Of a DNA stretch of 64,000 nt, positions 11,549-25,040 are shown piece by piece. Where the stretch lies: assembly GCF_006345805.1 (NCBI RefSeq), contig NC_042997.1:200508001-200572000 (forward strand). Direction: 5' to 3'. The stretch is from Octopus sinensis (taxonomy: Eukaryota). Below the pieces are notes generated by a model that was given only the letters and a program-made list of their open reading frames with translations, did no database searches and was not told the origin of the DNA. Numbering within the stretch: position 1 is the first letter of the stretch; the number at the start of each line of letters is the position of its first letter. Made by a program: the position numbers and the translations under genes.

Positions 11549-13050
11549 GAAGAATAATTAAAAATTAAGGAAAAATAATTAAAAATAAAAGAAGAATAAT
11601 TAAAAATTAAGGAAGAATAATTAAAAATAAAGGAAAAATAATTAAAAATTAAGGAAAAATAATTAAAAATAAAAGAAGAATAATTAAAAATTAAGGAAGA
11701 ATAATTAAAAATAAAGGAAAAATAATTAAAAATTAAGGAAAAATAATTAAAAATAAAAGAAGAATAATTAAAAATTAAGGAACAATAATTAAAGATAAAG
11801 GAAGAATAATTAAAAATTAAGGAACAATAATTAAAAATTAAGGAAAATAATTAAAAATAAGGAAAAATAATTAAAATTAAGGAAAAATAATTAAAAATTA
11901 AGGAAAAATAATTAAAAAAAAAGAAGAATAATTAAAATTAAGGAACAATAATTAAAGATAAAGGAAGAATAATTAAAAATTAAGGAACAATAATTAAAAA
12001 TTAAGGAAGAATAATTAAAAATTAAGGAAAAATAATTAAAAATTAAGGAAAAATAATTAAAAATAAAAGAAGAATAATTAAAAATTAAGGAACAATAATT
12101 AAAGATAAAGGAAGAATAATTAAAAATTAAGGAACAATAATTAAAAATTAAGGAAGAATAATTAAAAATAAAGGAAAAATAATTAAAAATTAAGGAAAAA
12201 TAATTAAAAATAAAAGAAGAATAATTAAAAATTAAGGAACAATAATTAAAGATAAAGGAAGAATAATTAAAAATTAAGGAACAATAATTAAAAATTAAGG
12301 AAGAATAATTAAAAATTAAGGAAAAATAATTAAAAATAAAAGAAGAATAATTAAAAATTAAGGAAGAATAATTAAAAATAAAGGAAAAATAATTAAAAAT
12401 TAAGGAAAAATAATTAAAAATTAAGGAAAAATAATTAAAAATAAAAGAAGAATAATTAAAAATTAAGGAACAATAATAAAAATTAAGGAAGAATAATAAA
12501 AATTAAGGAACAATAATTAAAATTAAGGAAGAATAATTAAAAATTAAGGAAAAATAATTAAAAATAAAAGAAGTATAATTAAAAATTAAGGAAAAATAAT
12601 TAGAAATTAAGGAAAAAGGATTAAAAATTAAGGAACAATAATTAAAAATAAAGGAAGAATAATTAAAAATTAAGGAAAAATAATTAAAAATAAAGGAAGA
12701 ATAATTAAAAATTAAGGAAAAATAATTAAAAATAAAGGAAGAATAATTAAAAATTAAGGAACAATAATTAAAAATTAAGGAACAATAATTAAAAATAAAA
12801 GAAGTATAATTAAAAATTAAGGAAGAATAATTAGAAATTAAGGAACAATAATTAAAAATTAAGGAAAAATAATTAAAAATAAAAGAAGTATAATTAAAAA
12901 TTAAGGAAGAATAATTAGAAATTAAGGAAAAATGATTAAAAATTAAGGAACAATAATTAAAAATAAAGGAAAAATAATTAAAAATTAAGGAAAAATAATT
13001 AAAAATTAAAGAACAATAATTAAAAATTAAGGAAGAATTATTAAAAATAA
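11549..13050. repeat. 21-bp AT-rich minisatellite, about 70 units
   Basis: Unit GAA(G/A/C)AATAATTAAAAAT(T/A)AA(G/A). Confidence 0.95.
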
Positions 13051-13264
13051 AGCTATGGGAATTTAGATTTTACACTTCCATATACATAGGTGTGTGGTAA
13101 GAAAGTTGCTTGCCAACCATGTGATTCTGGCTTCAGTCCCACTGTGTGATATCTTGGGCAAGTGTTTTCTACTATAACCTAGGGATGACCAAAGCCTTGT
13201 CACTGGTAAATGGAAACTGAAGGAAATCCATATATATATATCATCATCACCACCATCATCAACA

Positions 13265-13990
13265 TCATCATTTAACATCTGTTGTCCATGTTGGCACAGG
13301 TTGGACAGTTTGACTAGAGTTGGTGAGCCAGGGAACTGCACCAGATTCCTGTCGCATTCAGCATGGTTTCTATGGTTGGATGCTCTTCCTAAAGTCAACC
13401 ATTCCACACAGTGTGCTGGGTGCTTTTGCACGGCGTCACAACGGCACTTTTATGTGGCGCCACAAGGGCACTGTTATGTGGAACTGCACAGGCATTTTTA
13501 CATGGCACTACCACAAATGCTTTTTATGTGGCACTGGACTTTTACAGGTCAATCCTTGCCACAGGGTAGGAGGCGTTTCTTAACAATTCTACTGTGAAAT
13601 ACAGGCCTTCTTGAATACAGCAAGGCACCAAGTATCTTGGTCTGTTGTCATCTCATCTGAAAGTTTTTCATCCCATGTTGTCCTGGGTCTCCCTCTTCCA
13701 TGTGCATTTTATGTGCCACCGACACAGGAGTCACTCAGGCAGGCCTGGTATCGATCACATTCAGTTTTTCTGTGCTACAGGCATGGTAGCCAGTCAGGCA
13801 GACCTGGCATCTGCCACGTTCAGATGCTGCTTTTTATGTGCCACCGGCACGGGCACCAGTCAGGGGGCACTGGTATCAACCATGTTTGGATGGTGCTTTT
13901 TACATGCCACTGGCACAGGAGCCAGTCAGAGGGCACTGGCCACAGCTACGATTTTGGTTTTACTTGACTCAACAGGTTTTCTCAAGCATA
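13265..13990 (-). mobile_element. RTE LINE 3' coding remnant plus family C UTR fragments
   Basis: Minus strand about 13705-13605 gives GRGRPRTTWDE...EMTTDQDTWCLAVFKK (RTE C-terminus), adjacent to family C sequence. This links family C to an RTE partner. Confidence 0.7.
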
Positions 13991-14851
13991 TCATAACGCA
14001 TTATGTTGAATTTAAAATAATTATCCAAAAAGAAAGTTTTGTATGTAACTTAAAACTACTTTTGTCAACAGTTTAACAACTGAGTGGGGTTGGAGCTTGT
14101 ATTCCAGAAAAGATTTCAGTATACTTCAAATGGTGAGGTGAAGGTGGTGGTGGTGGTGGTGATGGGAGTGAGATTTTGTTTTGTTTTGTTTTGTTTTTTG
14201 TTGTGTTGCTGTTGTTGTAACTGTAATGCCTGCCTTTAATATATTATCAACAACTGACAATGTAAATATCAAGAAATATTTTTGTAATATAAATATCATA
14301 AATATGAAGAAATATTTCTGTAATATAGAGTTAAAAAATAAAGCAAATACAAATGCTCATATCATCAGTAATAAATAATAAGACACAAGTTTATGTTGTA
14401 AGTAATATGTTTTGTTGTCAAATAAAGTCATATTTTATTTGGGGCTTGTTCAAAATGCAATAATGTATAGATGTTCACTTGAAAAATGATAATATTGTCT
14501 GGCTTTTATATTAAATGAACATTTTCCTGACTTTGTGTTTGGAATCACTTTAGCAATTGAAGGAGAGAGAAAGAGAGAGAGAGAGAGAGAAGGAGATGAG
14601 GGGGGAAAGAAAGGAAGAAGGAAAGAGAAAAACTAATAAGATATGTGATTTTGGTCAAAGTCCAATATTTTTAAACAATTTCTCAAATATCTGCAAATAT
14701 TTTAGAAAAGTTTCCAGTTGAATAATTCACTTTTTCTTACATGTACATACATATTAAAAGTTGTGGTGCTCATACATGCAAATATGATATGTACTTAAAT
14801 TTTCTGAGTTCAAATCAATCTACAGCCCATAGCATAACATCGATAAGGTAT

Positions 14852-15680
14852 AGCAACCACATGGTTCTGGGTTCAGTCCCGCTGCATGGCATCTTGGGCA
14901 AGTGTCTTCTACTATAGTCTTGGGCTGACTAGGGCCTTATGACTGGATTTGGTGGATGGAAACTGAAAGAAGCCTCTTGTATATATATATGTGTATGTGT
15001 GTGTGTGTGTTTGTGTGTCTGTGTTTTTCCCTCCAACATTGCTTCACAACCAATGCTGGTGTATTTACGTCCCTGTAACTTAGCGGTTTGGCAAAAGAGA
15101 CTGATAGAATAAGTACTAGGTTTCCAAAGAATAAGTCCTGGGGTCGATTTGTTCCACTAGAGGCGGTGCTCCAGCATGGCCACAGTCAAATGACTGAAAC
15201 AAGTAACAGAATAAAAGAATAAAATTGAGCCATCACTCACAAGCATGATTGTGTGGTAAGAAGCTTGCTTCCTACCCACATGGTTCTAGGTTCAGTCCTA
15301 CTGCATGGCAAGTATCTTCTACTAAAGCCTCAGGCTGATCAAAGCCTTATGAGTGGATTTGGTCGATGAAAACTGAAAGAAGCCCATCAAATATACATGT
15401 GAGTGTATTTGTGTGTGTATGTGTGTGTGTGAGTGTGTGTGTGTCTTTGTGTCTGTGTTTGTCCTCCACCAATGCTTGACAACCTGTGTTGGCATGTTTA
15501 CGTCCCTGTAACCTAGTGGTTTAGCGAAAACGAAAACACTAGTAGAATAAGAACCAGACTTCAGACAACAAAAAAAGGTACTGGGGGTTGATTCATTCTA
15601 GTAAACATTCTTCAAGGCGGTGCCCCAGCATGGCCACATTCCAAAGACTGAAACAACTAAAGGATGAAAGATAAAAGATA
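14852..15680 (+). mobile_element. Two tandem SINE family A copies
   Basis: Same diagnostic blocks as the 11145 copy; second copy is more diverged. Confidence 0.85.
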
Positions 15681-15726
15681 AAGTATGACCTGGAAGTTTA
15701 TACCCTGTTTAATTGTTTTGGGGTAT

Positions 15727-16110
15727 ACTCTCTTACTTGTTTCAGTCATTTGACTGTGGCCATGCTGGAGCACCACCTTTAATCTACCAAATCAACCCCA
15801 GGACTTATTCTTTGTAAGCCTAGTAATTATTCTATTGGTCTCTTTTGCCGAACTGCTAAGTTACGGGGATGTAAACACACCAGCATCAGTTGTCAAGCGA
15901 TGTTGGGGGGACAAACACACACATATATATACATATATACATATATACAACAGGCTTCTTTCAGTTTCAATCTACCAAATCTACTCACAGGGCTTTGGTC
16001 GGCCCAAGGCTATAGTAGAAGACACTTGCTCAAGATGCCACAGAGTGGGCCTGAACCCGGAAGCCATGTTGTTGGTAAGCAAGCTACTTACCACACAGTC
16101 ACTCCTACGC
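15727..16110 (-). mobile_element. SINE family A, full length
   Basis: Reverse complement of the family A pattern. Confidence 0.9.
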
Positions 16111-16563
16111 AGTCATTAGTAGGCATAGACACCCTCTCAGTTCCCACTCCTACCCTTCAACCAGTGGCTCGTCAATGACTTTGCTGATGAAAGAAGAGAG
16201 AGAAGGCTGTACCAGCAGCTACCTCTTACTCATTTGAACTGGAATAGACTAGGAGTAACATGAAACGAAGGGCTTTGCACAAGAACTCAATGCACTGCTC
16301 ATTGCTGGAATCGAAACTGCAAACTTACGAGCTTCAGCCAAACTTTCTAACCACTAGGCCAGTATGTATAATGACCATTCTGGCAGCACAAAACATGTCC
16401 TTGAGTGTCATAGGAAAGTCATTATATATTCATAAATTTAGCCAGTGAGGTGGCTTCTCGAAAATCTGCTTCAACAAATTCTGTCTGATCCATGTAATAA
16501 TGGAAGAGTGGACGTTAAAGCAATGAGGATGATAATGATGGTGATGATGATGACGATGATGAC

Positions 16564-16599
<36 letters not shown>

Positions 16600-17150
16600 C
16601 ATCATCATCATCATCATTTAATGTCCACTTTCTATGCTAGCATAGATCGGACAGTTTGACTGAGGACTGGCAAGCCAGGAGGCTGCACCAGGCTCTAATC
16701 TGATCTGGAAAGGCTTATACAGCCCTTCCTAATGCCAACCACTCTGAGAGTGTGGTGGGTGCTTTTTACGTGCCACCAGCGTGGGGACCAGGCGGGTGGC
16801 CCTGGCATCGACCACACTCAAATGGTGCTTTTTACGTGCCAGTGGCACGGGAGCCAGTCAGGTGGTTCTGGCATTGACCATGCTCAAATGAAGCTTTTTT
16901 TACAGTCCACCAGCATGGGAGCCAGTCAGGTGGCACTGGCATCAATCACACTTGAATGGTGCTTTATATGTGCCACCGACATGGGGGCCAGTCAGACAGC
17001 ACTAGCATCGACCATGCTCAAATGGTGCTTTTTATGTGCCACTGGCATGGAAGCCTGTTAGGTGGATCTGGCATCGACCACGCTTAAATGGTGCTTTTTA
17101 GGTGCCACCAGCACAGGTACCAGTCAGGTGGCACTGGCATCAGCCATGCT
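16600..17150 (-). mobile_element. Family C element with internal ~66-bp tandem units
   Basis: Repeated GGCATCGACCA...GGTGCTTTTTACGTGCCA..GGCA.GGGAGCCAGTCAGG units, with (GAT)n/(CAT)n tail. Confidence 0.8.
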
Positions 17151-17771
17151 GAATAATCTTATTCATGTTTCTGTTCGCTATTAACGTACAAAGTCTCACT
17201 CATATTCTTAACTCTACAAATATGTTTTTGAAAACGGGTATGAAATATGAACACTGTATTTGGTTTAGATGTTTTGATGTGACTTGTGAGGATCATTCTG
17301 CCAATAATAACACACACACTGGTTGAATATCACTTGTTAATTGTTCGTCAATTTGTTAAATATCTAACCAATTAATGAATCTATTGCCTGTTTCATGTGC
17401 CAGTTAAATAATCAGTTAGTTGTTTGTTATTCAAGGTCCGAAAAAGAAAGAAGTGGTACTGAAACAGTGTGTGTGTTACTATTGGCATAAAGACCCTCCT
17501 AAGTTACAACAAGATTTGTTTCAATACACAAAATCGAAGTTTAAATATTTTATTTCCAAGAAAAATGACAGCACTTTTAAATATCTAATGTCCACCATGG
17601 CACCCTTTTTCAATATGCTGTCCCCTTGTAATCTGACAACATCCTCCTCACCAAAGGGGTACAACCATTCAGGTTAAGAAATATTCTTTAAAACCAATAG
17701 TATTCCTATCCTGTGTCTATGTGCTTCTGCATAATACCTTTTTGTTCATCTTTTCTCAATTAATTGCTTAA

Positions 17772-17992
17772 CCCTTTCATTACCAACCCGGCTGAAACCG
17801 GTTCTGGCTCTATAGTACAAATGTCTTGTTTTCATAAGTTTTGAATTAAAATCTTCCACCAAACCTTAGTCACAATTTTTGTTCCTAACACCAGCTTAAA
17901 GATAACTAAGTTATTTTACTAAATTCTTTGTTATATTTAACGTAATTGAAAGAAACACAGAACATCTCAAAATAAATACAGTAACGAAAGAG
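17772..17992. mobile_element. piggyBac-like MITE
   Basis: TTAA|CCCTTTCATTAC ... GTAACGAAAGAG|TTAA: TTAA duplication with CCC-type TIRs. Confidence 0.75.
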
Positions 17993-18405
17993 TTAAACAG
18001 AAATAAATTCTAATAAAGCTTGAGGAGAGAATGAAAGCAACAGTAGTTCCTCTCAGCCAATTGCAGAAAGAAAAAAAAAGTAATATAGAAGGGAGAATTC
18101 AGTACTAAAAAAATAAATTCAGATTTTGAAACTAAATCGAAATTCCATTCTCTGAAGGAAAATTGAACAGAGTAAAATCCATATGGTTTGATTTATTATT
18201 TTTTAGTATTGCTTTGGTATATAATTTTCAGTATTTCAATATTTCATACTTGCTTGGAAATATATTGTTATTACTTGGTGACTGTTATTAATAAAATTGC
18301 ATATGATTTTCTAAGTATATATGAAAGTGTGTTGGCATTACTATGATGGACTCGCACTTACATGTTTCACTGTATTCGCTTTCTAGCAAGTACACTAACA
18401 CACAC

Positions 18406-18466
<61 letters not shown>

Positions 18467-18469
18467 TGG

Positions 18470-18870
18470 AAATCGATCGATCAACATCAATGGAAATTGC
18501 AGCTGTGATACCAGTGCGGTGGCACGTAAGAGAACCATCCGAACGTGGCCATTGCCAGCACCACCCCGACTGGCCTCGTGCCCATGGCACGTAAAAAGCA
18601 CCATCCGTTCGTGGCCATTGCCAGCCTCGCCTGGACCCCATGCCAGTGGCACGTAAAAAGCACCATCCGATCATGGTCTTTTGCCAGCCTTGTCTGGCAC
18701 ATAAAAAGCACCCACTACACTCATGGAGTGGTTGGTGTTAGGAAGGGCATCCAGCCGTAGAAACATTGACAGATCAGACTGGGCCTGGTGCAGCCTTCTG
18801 GTTTCCCAGACCCCAGTTGAATCAACCAACCAATGCTAGCATGGAAAGTGGACGCTAAACGATGATGATG
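18470..18870 (+). mobile_element. Family C element. Other copies at about 23500(+), 26310(+), 33910(-), 34790(-), 41332(+), 55620(+), 60800(-), 61330(-)
   Basis: Same conserved 3' block and (GAT)n tail. Confidence 0.85.
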
Positions 18871-19434
18871 AATATATATGCATATATATGTACATATATG
18901 TATATACTTAGATCTATACGCATATCTATAAGCATATGTGGGAACAGGAGATTATGAAACATGTACAACAAAAAAATATGAAGCATGAGTACATGGAACA
19001 TGAACTATTCTTTCGAGCAATGAAAGACACAAATGGGAAACAAAACAAACAACAGTTGTTGGCTGTTTTTCTAGTCTTGTATTTCCAGGATTTAACAACA
19101 ATATATGCTTTTGGTTATCATATTATTATATGATTGAACACCACGCATCCTCTCACCTCACCACAACTTGCTCCTGTGCAGGTGGCATGTAAAAGGCACC
19201 ATAAATATTCAATAATTATTTCTTTATTGCCGACAAGGGGCTAAACATAGAGGGGGACAAACAAAAGTATTAAGTTAATTACATCGACCCCAGTGCATAA
19301 CTGGTACTTAATTTATCGACCCCGAAAAGATGAAAAGCAAAGTCAACCTCAGCGGAATTTGAACTCAGAATGTAACGGCAGACAAAATACCGCTAAGCAT
19401 TTCGCCTGACGTGCTAACATTTCTGCCAGCTCAC

Positions 19435-20486
19435 CACCTTAAATGTTCAATAATAATGAAATCTGGGAACTGTAGTGGCCAGATAAGATGTTCAACTTCA
19501 CTAAAATGTTCCTCGTACCTTTCAGTAACAACTTTAGCTGTGTGAATTGGTGCATTATCATCCTGAAAGATTGCGTTTCCTTCTGGAAACTGTTCCGCAA
19601 CCATAGAATGAATTTGATCAGATAAAATGCTTAAATAATCTTGACTATTAATTATGCCATGAAGGGAAACCAATTGGGCCAGCGGATTTCCAAGATATAG
19701 CCCCCCACCAGATCATCACAGGTCCTCCTCCATGTTTAACAGTTAGAAGAAGGCAGTTTGGGTCAAATGCATCTTTTTGCTGTCTCCACACGTATACTCG
19801 GCTAGTAGTCAGAAATAAGGTAAAGGATGACTCGTCTGAAAGAATAACATTCCTCCACCGCTCTAGGGACCAATTCTGTAGGTTTTTACTCCACTCTAAA
19901 TGCTTTGCAACGTTTGTTTTTGACTGTAGTGGTTTTCTGATTGCAGTCCTCCCGTGAAATCTGGGTTTGTGCAGCTCCTGGCAAACAGTTTTTGTGGAAA
20001 CTGGGTTCTCGAGGTGGTCATTAAGCTCTGCAGTAATTTTAGGAGCTGTACTTTTGTGATCCTTTCTAACAATTTGCATAAGAGTCCGATGGTCCCTATC
20101 TGAAAGTTTTGGTTTCCTTCCGGAGTTTTCTTTGAATGAGGAAGTTTTCCCCTCTTTCTCAAAGGCTGTCATTACTTTCGAGACAGTACTTCTTGATACA
20201 CCAAACATTTCGCCTGTTTTTGATACACTAGCACCTGCCATACAAGCACCAACAATTTGACCTCATTGAAAATCCGATAGACCTGTCGTTTTAATGAATT
20301 TTAATTACCATTTTCTGATGATATCTAAAAAGAAATGGCAATTTTAGCAAAACGTATTAAGCAACACTAATAATAAATCAAAAAACATATAAATTTACAA
20401 GCTTTTGATGGTTTTAAAGATATTTCAAAATTATGATGCTATGATGCTATGATGCTAGGTGTTTCCATTATTTTGTCCAACTTGTG
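19435..20486 (-). mobile_element. Tc1-like transposon, frameshifted transposase, DD36E spacing, 3' end lost at a SINE
   Basis: TIR TA|CACAAGTTGGACAAAATAATGGAAACACC. ORFs give HTH...SGRKPKLS, ILSDESSF, TVKHGGGPVMIW, FQDDNAPIHTAK...WPLQFPDFIIIEHL (36 residues D to E). Confidence 0.9.
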
Positions 20487-20507
20487 TATATTCATATACA
20501 TACATAT

Positions 20508-21572
20508 TAGGTTGTGTCAATTTTAAGAACTTACTAAAAATCTAATTTGGTAGTGAAACTATTATACCTTTTTACTCCCAGACTTCAAAGATATAAATAC
20601 CAAAATGAATTAGAATAACTCTAACCTACATCAATTTTATCATAAATATTTAATATGGTGTTGTTTTGAAACAGTAACTGAAAATTTATATGAAAATCTG
20701 ATTAGACTCAAAATATCACTCTTTTAATTGGTTAAATGAAGCTTATCTTTTAATTGGTTAAATGAATTTCTACTCTCTTCATATATTCACAAGATGTCAA
20801 TGCTGAAGACTAGAGGCCAGGTGTCATCCTACTTGAGCCTGTTAATTGGTACAGGGAAAGAGCTTCCTGTATCAGAGCTTCCAACAGTGAGAGACATTTT
20901 AAGACTTGGGTTATTACTTCAGGAACAAAATTCCAAGGACAGAAGGAACTATACAGATAAAGAGCTCATACATGATACACTACCCCCAGCTTCTGTGCCA
21001 GTGGACAAAAGTTAATGCACAATTCAAAGCACCAGTGATCATACAGTGTTGAACAATTGAGCTAAAACCAATGGGATTGTGGTGGGAAGCAATGCACATG
21101 TCACTTGGTAAAGGAAACTTGGCAATGAAAAATGCTTTTCTAGACTCACTTGATACACTGTTTGATATTTTGAGTGGCAAACGTTCCATAGTTTTGTGTT
21201 CAAAAGAGGATTGTTCTCCCACTGGTAAGAGAGGAAATCATCACCTTATTGACTGTTGTTGCCCTCATGAAAAGAAGATACCTTTTCTAGAGCCAGATTT
21301 TATAAGCTCACAAAGGACAAAGGTAGGAGGCCTGGGCAGTATGCAAATGGGCTCAACTGATTATAAAGAAAGTGAGAGACACATTTCTACTGGAAAAAGG
21401 AAAGTCCTTGTCAGAGAGAGGGAAGAAAAGAAAAGAAACTACATCAATTTTAATATTTAATATCGTTTTTCTTTCCAGAATTTTGTTTTATATGCTAAAA
21501 GACAACAAAAATTACTATCAAAATTAAAGATTATGAAGTTTCCAATTTACTCCCCAAAATTGACACACCCTG
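20508..21572 (+). mobile_element. Internally deleted DNA transposon with N-terminal transposase remnant (superfamily uncertain; Spy/ISL2EU- or Sola-like)
   Basis: TIRs TAGGTTGTGTCAATTTT / AAAATTGACACACCCTG. Broken ORFs with ELPTVRDIL, LDTLFDIL, CCCPHEKKIPFLEPDFISSQR...MQMGSTD. Confidence 0.7.
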
Positions 21573-21604
21573 TTACATATATATAGGTGTGTAGGGGGAT
21601 GGAG

Positions 21605-21945
21605 TGAACGTGCATGGCTCAGTGGTTAGAGTGTTGGGCTTACACTCATGAGGTAATGAGTTCAATTCCTGGACTAGTGTGTGTATTGTGTTTTTGAGCA
21701 AGACACTTTATTTCATGTTGCTCTAGTTCACTCAGCTGTAGAAATGAGTTGCAATGTCACTAGTGCCAAGTTGTAATTGGCCTTTGCTTTTCCCTTGGAT
21801 AACATTGGTGGCATGGAGAAGAGAGGCTTGTATGCATGGGCAACTGTTGGTCTTCCATAAACAACCTTGCCCAGACCTATGCCATGAAAAGTAGCTTTCT
21901 AGGTGCAATGGTCATTCACGAAGGATGAGAGTCTTTAATCTCTTA
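21605..21945 (+). mobile_element. tRNA-derived SINE family E (better copy at about 59803-60145, minus)
   Basis: TGGCTCAGTGGTTAGAG A-box, GAGTTCAATTCC B-box, TTGAGCAAGACACTTTATTTCA block shared with the 60 kb copy. Confidence 0.8.
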
Positions 21946-21947
21946 TA

Positions 21948-22810
21948 TAGGGTGGCCCAAAAGTCACTGAGGGGTTGCAATCTTTGATAATTCTTTTATT
22001 CTTTTGCCATTCTTTTTTCTTTCCAGGGATTTTATGGACTAGATCTTGGAAATTAGTTATGGAAAAATATGGCACCACACAATGTACCCAAGCGGTGAGA
22101 TTGTTCTATAAAAATTCAGCAGTCAGTTATTCAAACCCAGGGAGCACCAAAGACAATTGCACCCCATAAAGTGTACAGTATGGTGTGCGATTATGATGAA
22201 TGAGATACCTGGGTCTTATTTCTTTAAGGATGGTGATGAGAATGCTATCACTGTAACTTGTGAGCAGTACAGGGCTATGATGGGGATCTTTTTGTGCCTG
22301 GCCATTTAAAATAAGGCCAATATGTGGTTCCAGCAAGATGGAGCAACTGTTCATACCACAAGAGAGAGCCAATACAGTTGCTGCTGAGGCAATATTTTGG
22401 AGAAAGAATCATGTCTTACAACTGTGATATCAACTGGCTATTGCATTCCTCAGACTTGACCAGCCCTGATCTCTTCTTGCGGGGGTACCTCAAGGAGAAT
22501 GTCTATGACAACAAACCAGAAACCCTGAAGCAATTGAAAGAGAATATCACTAAAGAAACCAGGGAACTGGACCCTGAAACCCTTACTGCCATCATGGAAC
22601 GCATTTTGGAAAGAGATGTGTGAAGCTGAAAATGGATGCCATTTAAAAGATGTCCTTTTTCATATGTAATGCAGAGGTATAATAGAAAAGAACTAATGCA
22701 AATTAATCTCTATTATCTCCTCTATATTGAATTAAAATTTCATATACCTATTTGTAAAAATAAGGGAGTTATTAAAATTAAAACCCCTCTGTGACTTTTG
22801 GACCACTCTG
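21948..22810 (+). mobile_element. Tc1/mariner fossil, DD41D (rosa/VS)-like, internally deleted
   Basis: TIRs AGGGTGGCCCAAAAGTCACTGAGGGGTT / AACCCCTCTGTGACTTTTGGACCACTCTG with TA flanks. WFQQDGATVHT (frameshift) ...INWLLHSSDLTSPDLFLRGYLKENVY, about 41 spacing. Confidence 0.85.
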
Positions 22811-24947
22811 TATATATTGCCAATAATCCAAACAAGTAGGAGAATAGAAGAAATGTAATTGAAAAGGCACACAGAATAAATAAGAATTAATGAGAATTTA
22901 ATTATATCTTAATAATAAATCTCTGAACGAGGTATACCTCACAATTATATCTTAAAAATATAAGAATGCATTTTTTCACATTAGATTTTCAAAAGTGTAT
23001 AGTATATGGAGCTGTGTCACGAATTATATTTATTCTGCCTGTTCTTATGAAATATATTTTTAAGATGAAAAATCTTGAAAGCTAAACCTCATGCTTATTA
23101 CAAAAAAAGAAGATATTTCTAATTTCTGTTCAAATGGAAGCTATGAAATTCATTTTGCAAAGGTGTCTGTTCTTCGCAGACGTTCAGAAAGAATAGCTTC
23201 ATGTAAAACATTTCAGACTTAAAAACACTTCCAGCTAATCTCAGAACACAAAGTGTGAGACATTTTTCCTGGAGTTGAACTCTATTTTGACCAGTTTCAA
23301 CGAACCTCGTCCTTGCTGTGCAATTTTACACATCTATTGCTTAATAATTTACCTGTTATTCAAGTAAATACATACAACTATAAAACACAGCATTATATTA
23401 TAGTTTAATGATGAATTCCATATTTCTGTTTCCTCCTACAGTTTTCACCTTATACATATATACATACAGATATATTTATATACATATAGGCATACATACG
23501 TAAAAAGCACCAACCGATTGTGGCTGTTGCCAGCCTCCCCTAGCACCTGTGCCGGTGGCACATAAAAAGCGCCCACTACACTCACGGAGTGGTTGGCGTT
23601 AGGAAGGGTATCCAGCTGTAGAGACACTGCCAGATCAGACTGTAGCCTGGTGCAGCCTCCTGGCTTCCCAGACCTCCGTCGAACCGTCCAACTCATGTTA
23701 GCATGGAAAACGGATGTTAAACGATGATGATGATGATACATACACAACCCAGAAGAACCAATACGTGATTTAATCAGATATGTACGTTTCAAATAGAATG
23801 GTTTAGCTCAAAATGCTACAATGCATCAATTATGCAAATGCAATTGATCTCTTATTTGATAGATTAAAACGCTAAAATTGCTTTATCAGATTTCTCTTAT
23901 CCAAATTTGGAATAAAAGTATTCCTAATATATAGTCTTCTAATGTGTAATGGAATATTCCCAGTAGTGAATATTGCCTTTCCAATTTTTCCATTAGAATT
24001 CTCATTAATCCAGCCACTCTTCTATTCATTGTATATTTATTGAGTGACAATCTACTTCAAATTACACTTCTATGGTGACCTGAATAATATATCTACTAAA
24101 TGCGTTTATTTCAACATACCCCACCATTTCTTTGATGAACTGGTCAGTTAAAATATTGGATTGGGAGGTGCTGTGTGAAGCTGTTTGTATTCATTTAGCC
24201 AGTGTGTTTGTACAGAATGTATTAAATCACAATTCTAATATGATCTAATAAATATGAATCCTAAGGAGATCTATAAAAGATGCCTCCCTACCTATTTAGA
24301 CAAGGGAAATGGTAAAATAAAAGTGTAGTGATGAGCTAACCCAAATTTACAACTAACTTCCTTTTAAAATGTCCAACAATATAAGCAGTGATAACATAGC
24401 TTTCAAAAGAATAGGATGGTGTAGAATTCCTCTCTTCTTGTAACATTTAAATTAATCAATTAGATATGCATAATTGATGATAGCAGTATTTTGAGGTATG
24501 TCATACTATTTGAAACATACATAGCCGATTAAATCATGAATTAATCTCTTTCGTGGATTTTCTATTATTCCTTGTGACTACATACTGAATCTATCTTGAA
24601 TTCATTCCATATATAAACTTCAAATGTACAAATTGAACTGTTGACAGAATGTAAATTTGCAGCTTACATGGATTCCTGTGGCATGCACTGGACAATGTAG
24701 TTAACTGAGCCTGATCTCTACAGAGTGCTTAGAAATCATACACTTAGATTCCTTCATCTTTTTCCCCTCACGATGTGCATGTGTATGTGTGTATGCATGT
24801 ATATGTGTATGTATGTGTATGTATACATTAAATTTTAGAAGGGAAATGGTTGACAATGGCTTCGATGTTTCACTCTTGCATGTTCACTGATTGTGCTTTA
24901 TTTGAATTTCGTTGGCTGAGTTTGTTTTTTCAGTGGATAGGTGGAGC

Positions 24948-25040
24948 CAGTGGTGGACTGGCCAGGTTGCCAGCTTGTCCGATGGCAAGTGGGCCCCTGC
25001 GCCATTAGACTCCATATATGGGGGCCCATGTTTGTATCTA
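24948..25040. mobile_element. Terminal fragment of the hAT-like MITE seen at 62078-62355
   Basis: CAGTGGTGGACTGGCCAGGTTGCCAGCTT matches the reverse complement of about 62327-62355. Confidence 0.65.

Noticed and set aside
18349-18394. Hammerhead candidate (minus GAAACATGTA with GTACT/AGTGC stem)
   Set aside because: CUGAnGA box and stem II unrecognisable; at most a decayed relic, not counted.
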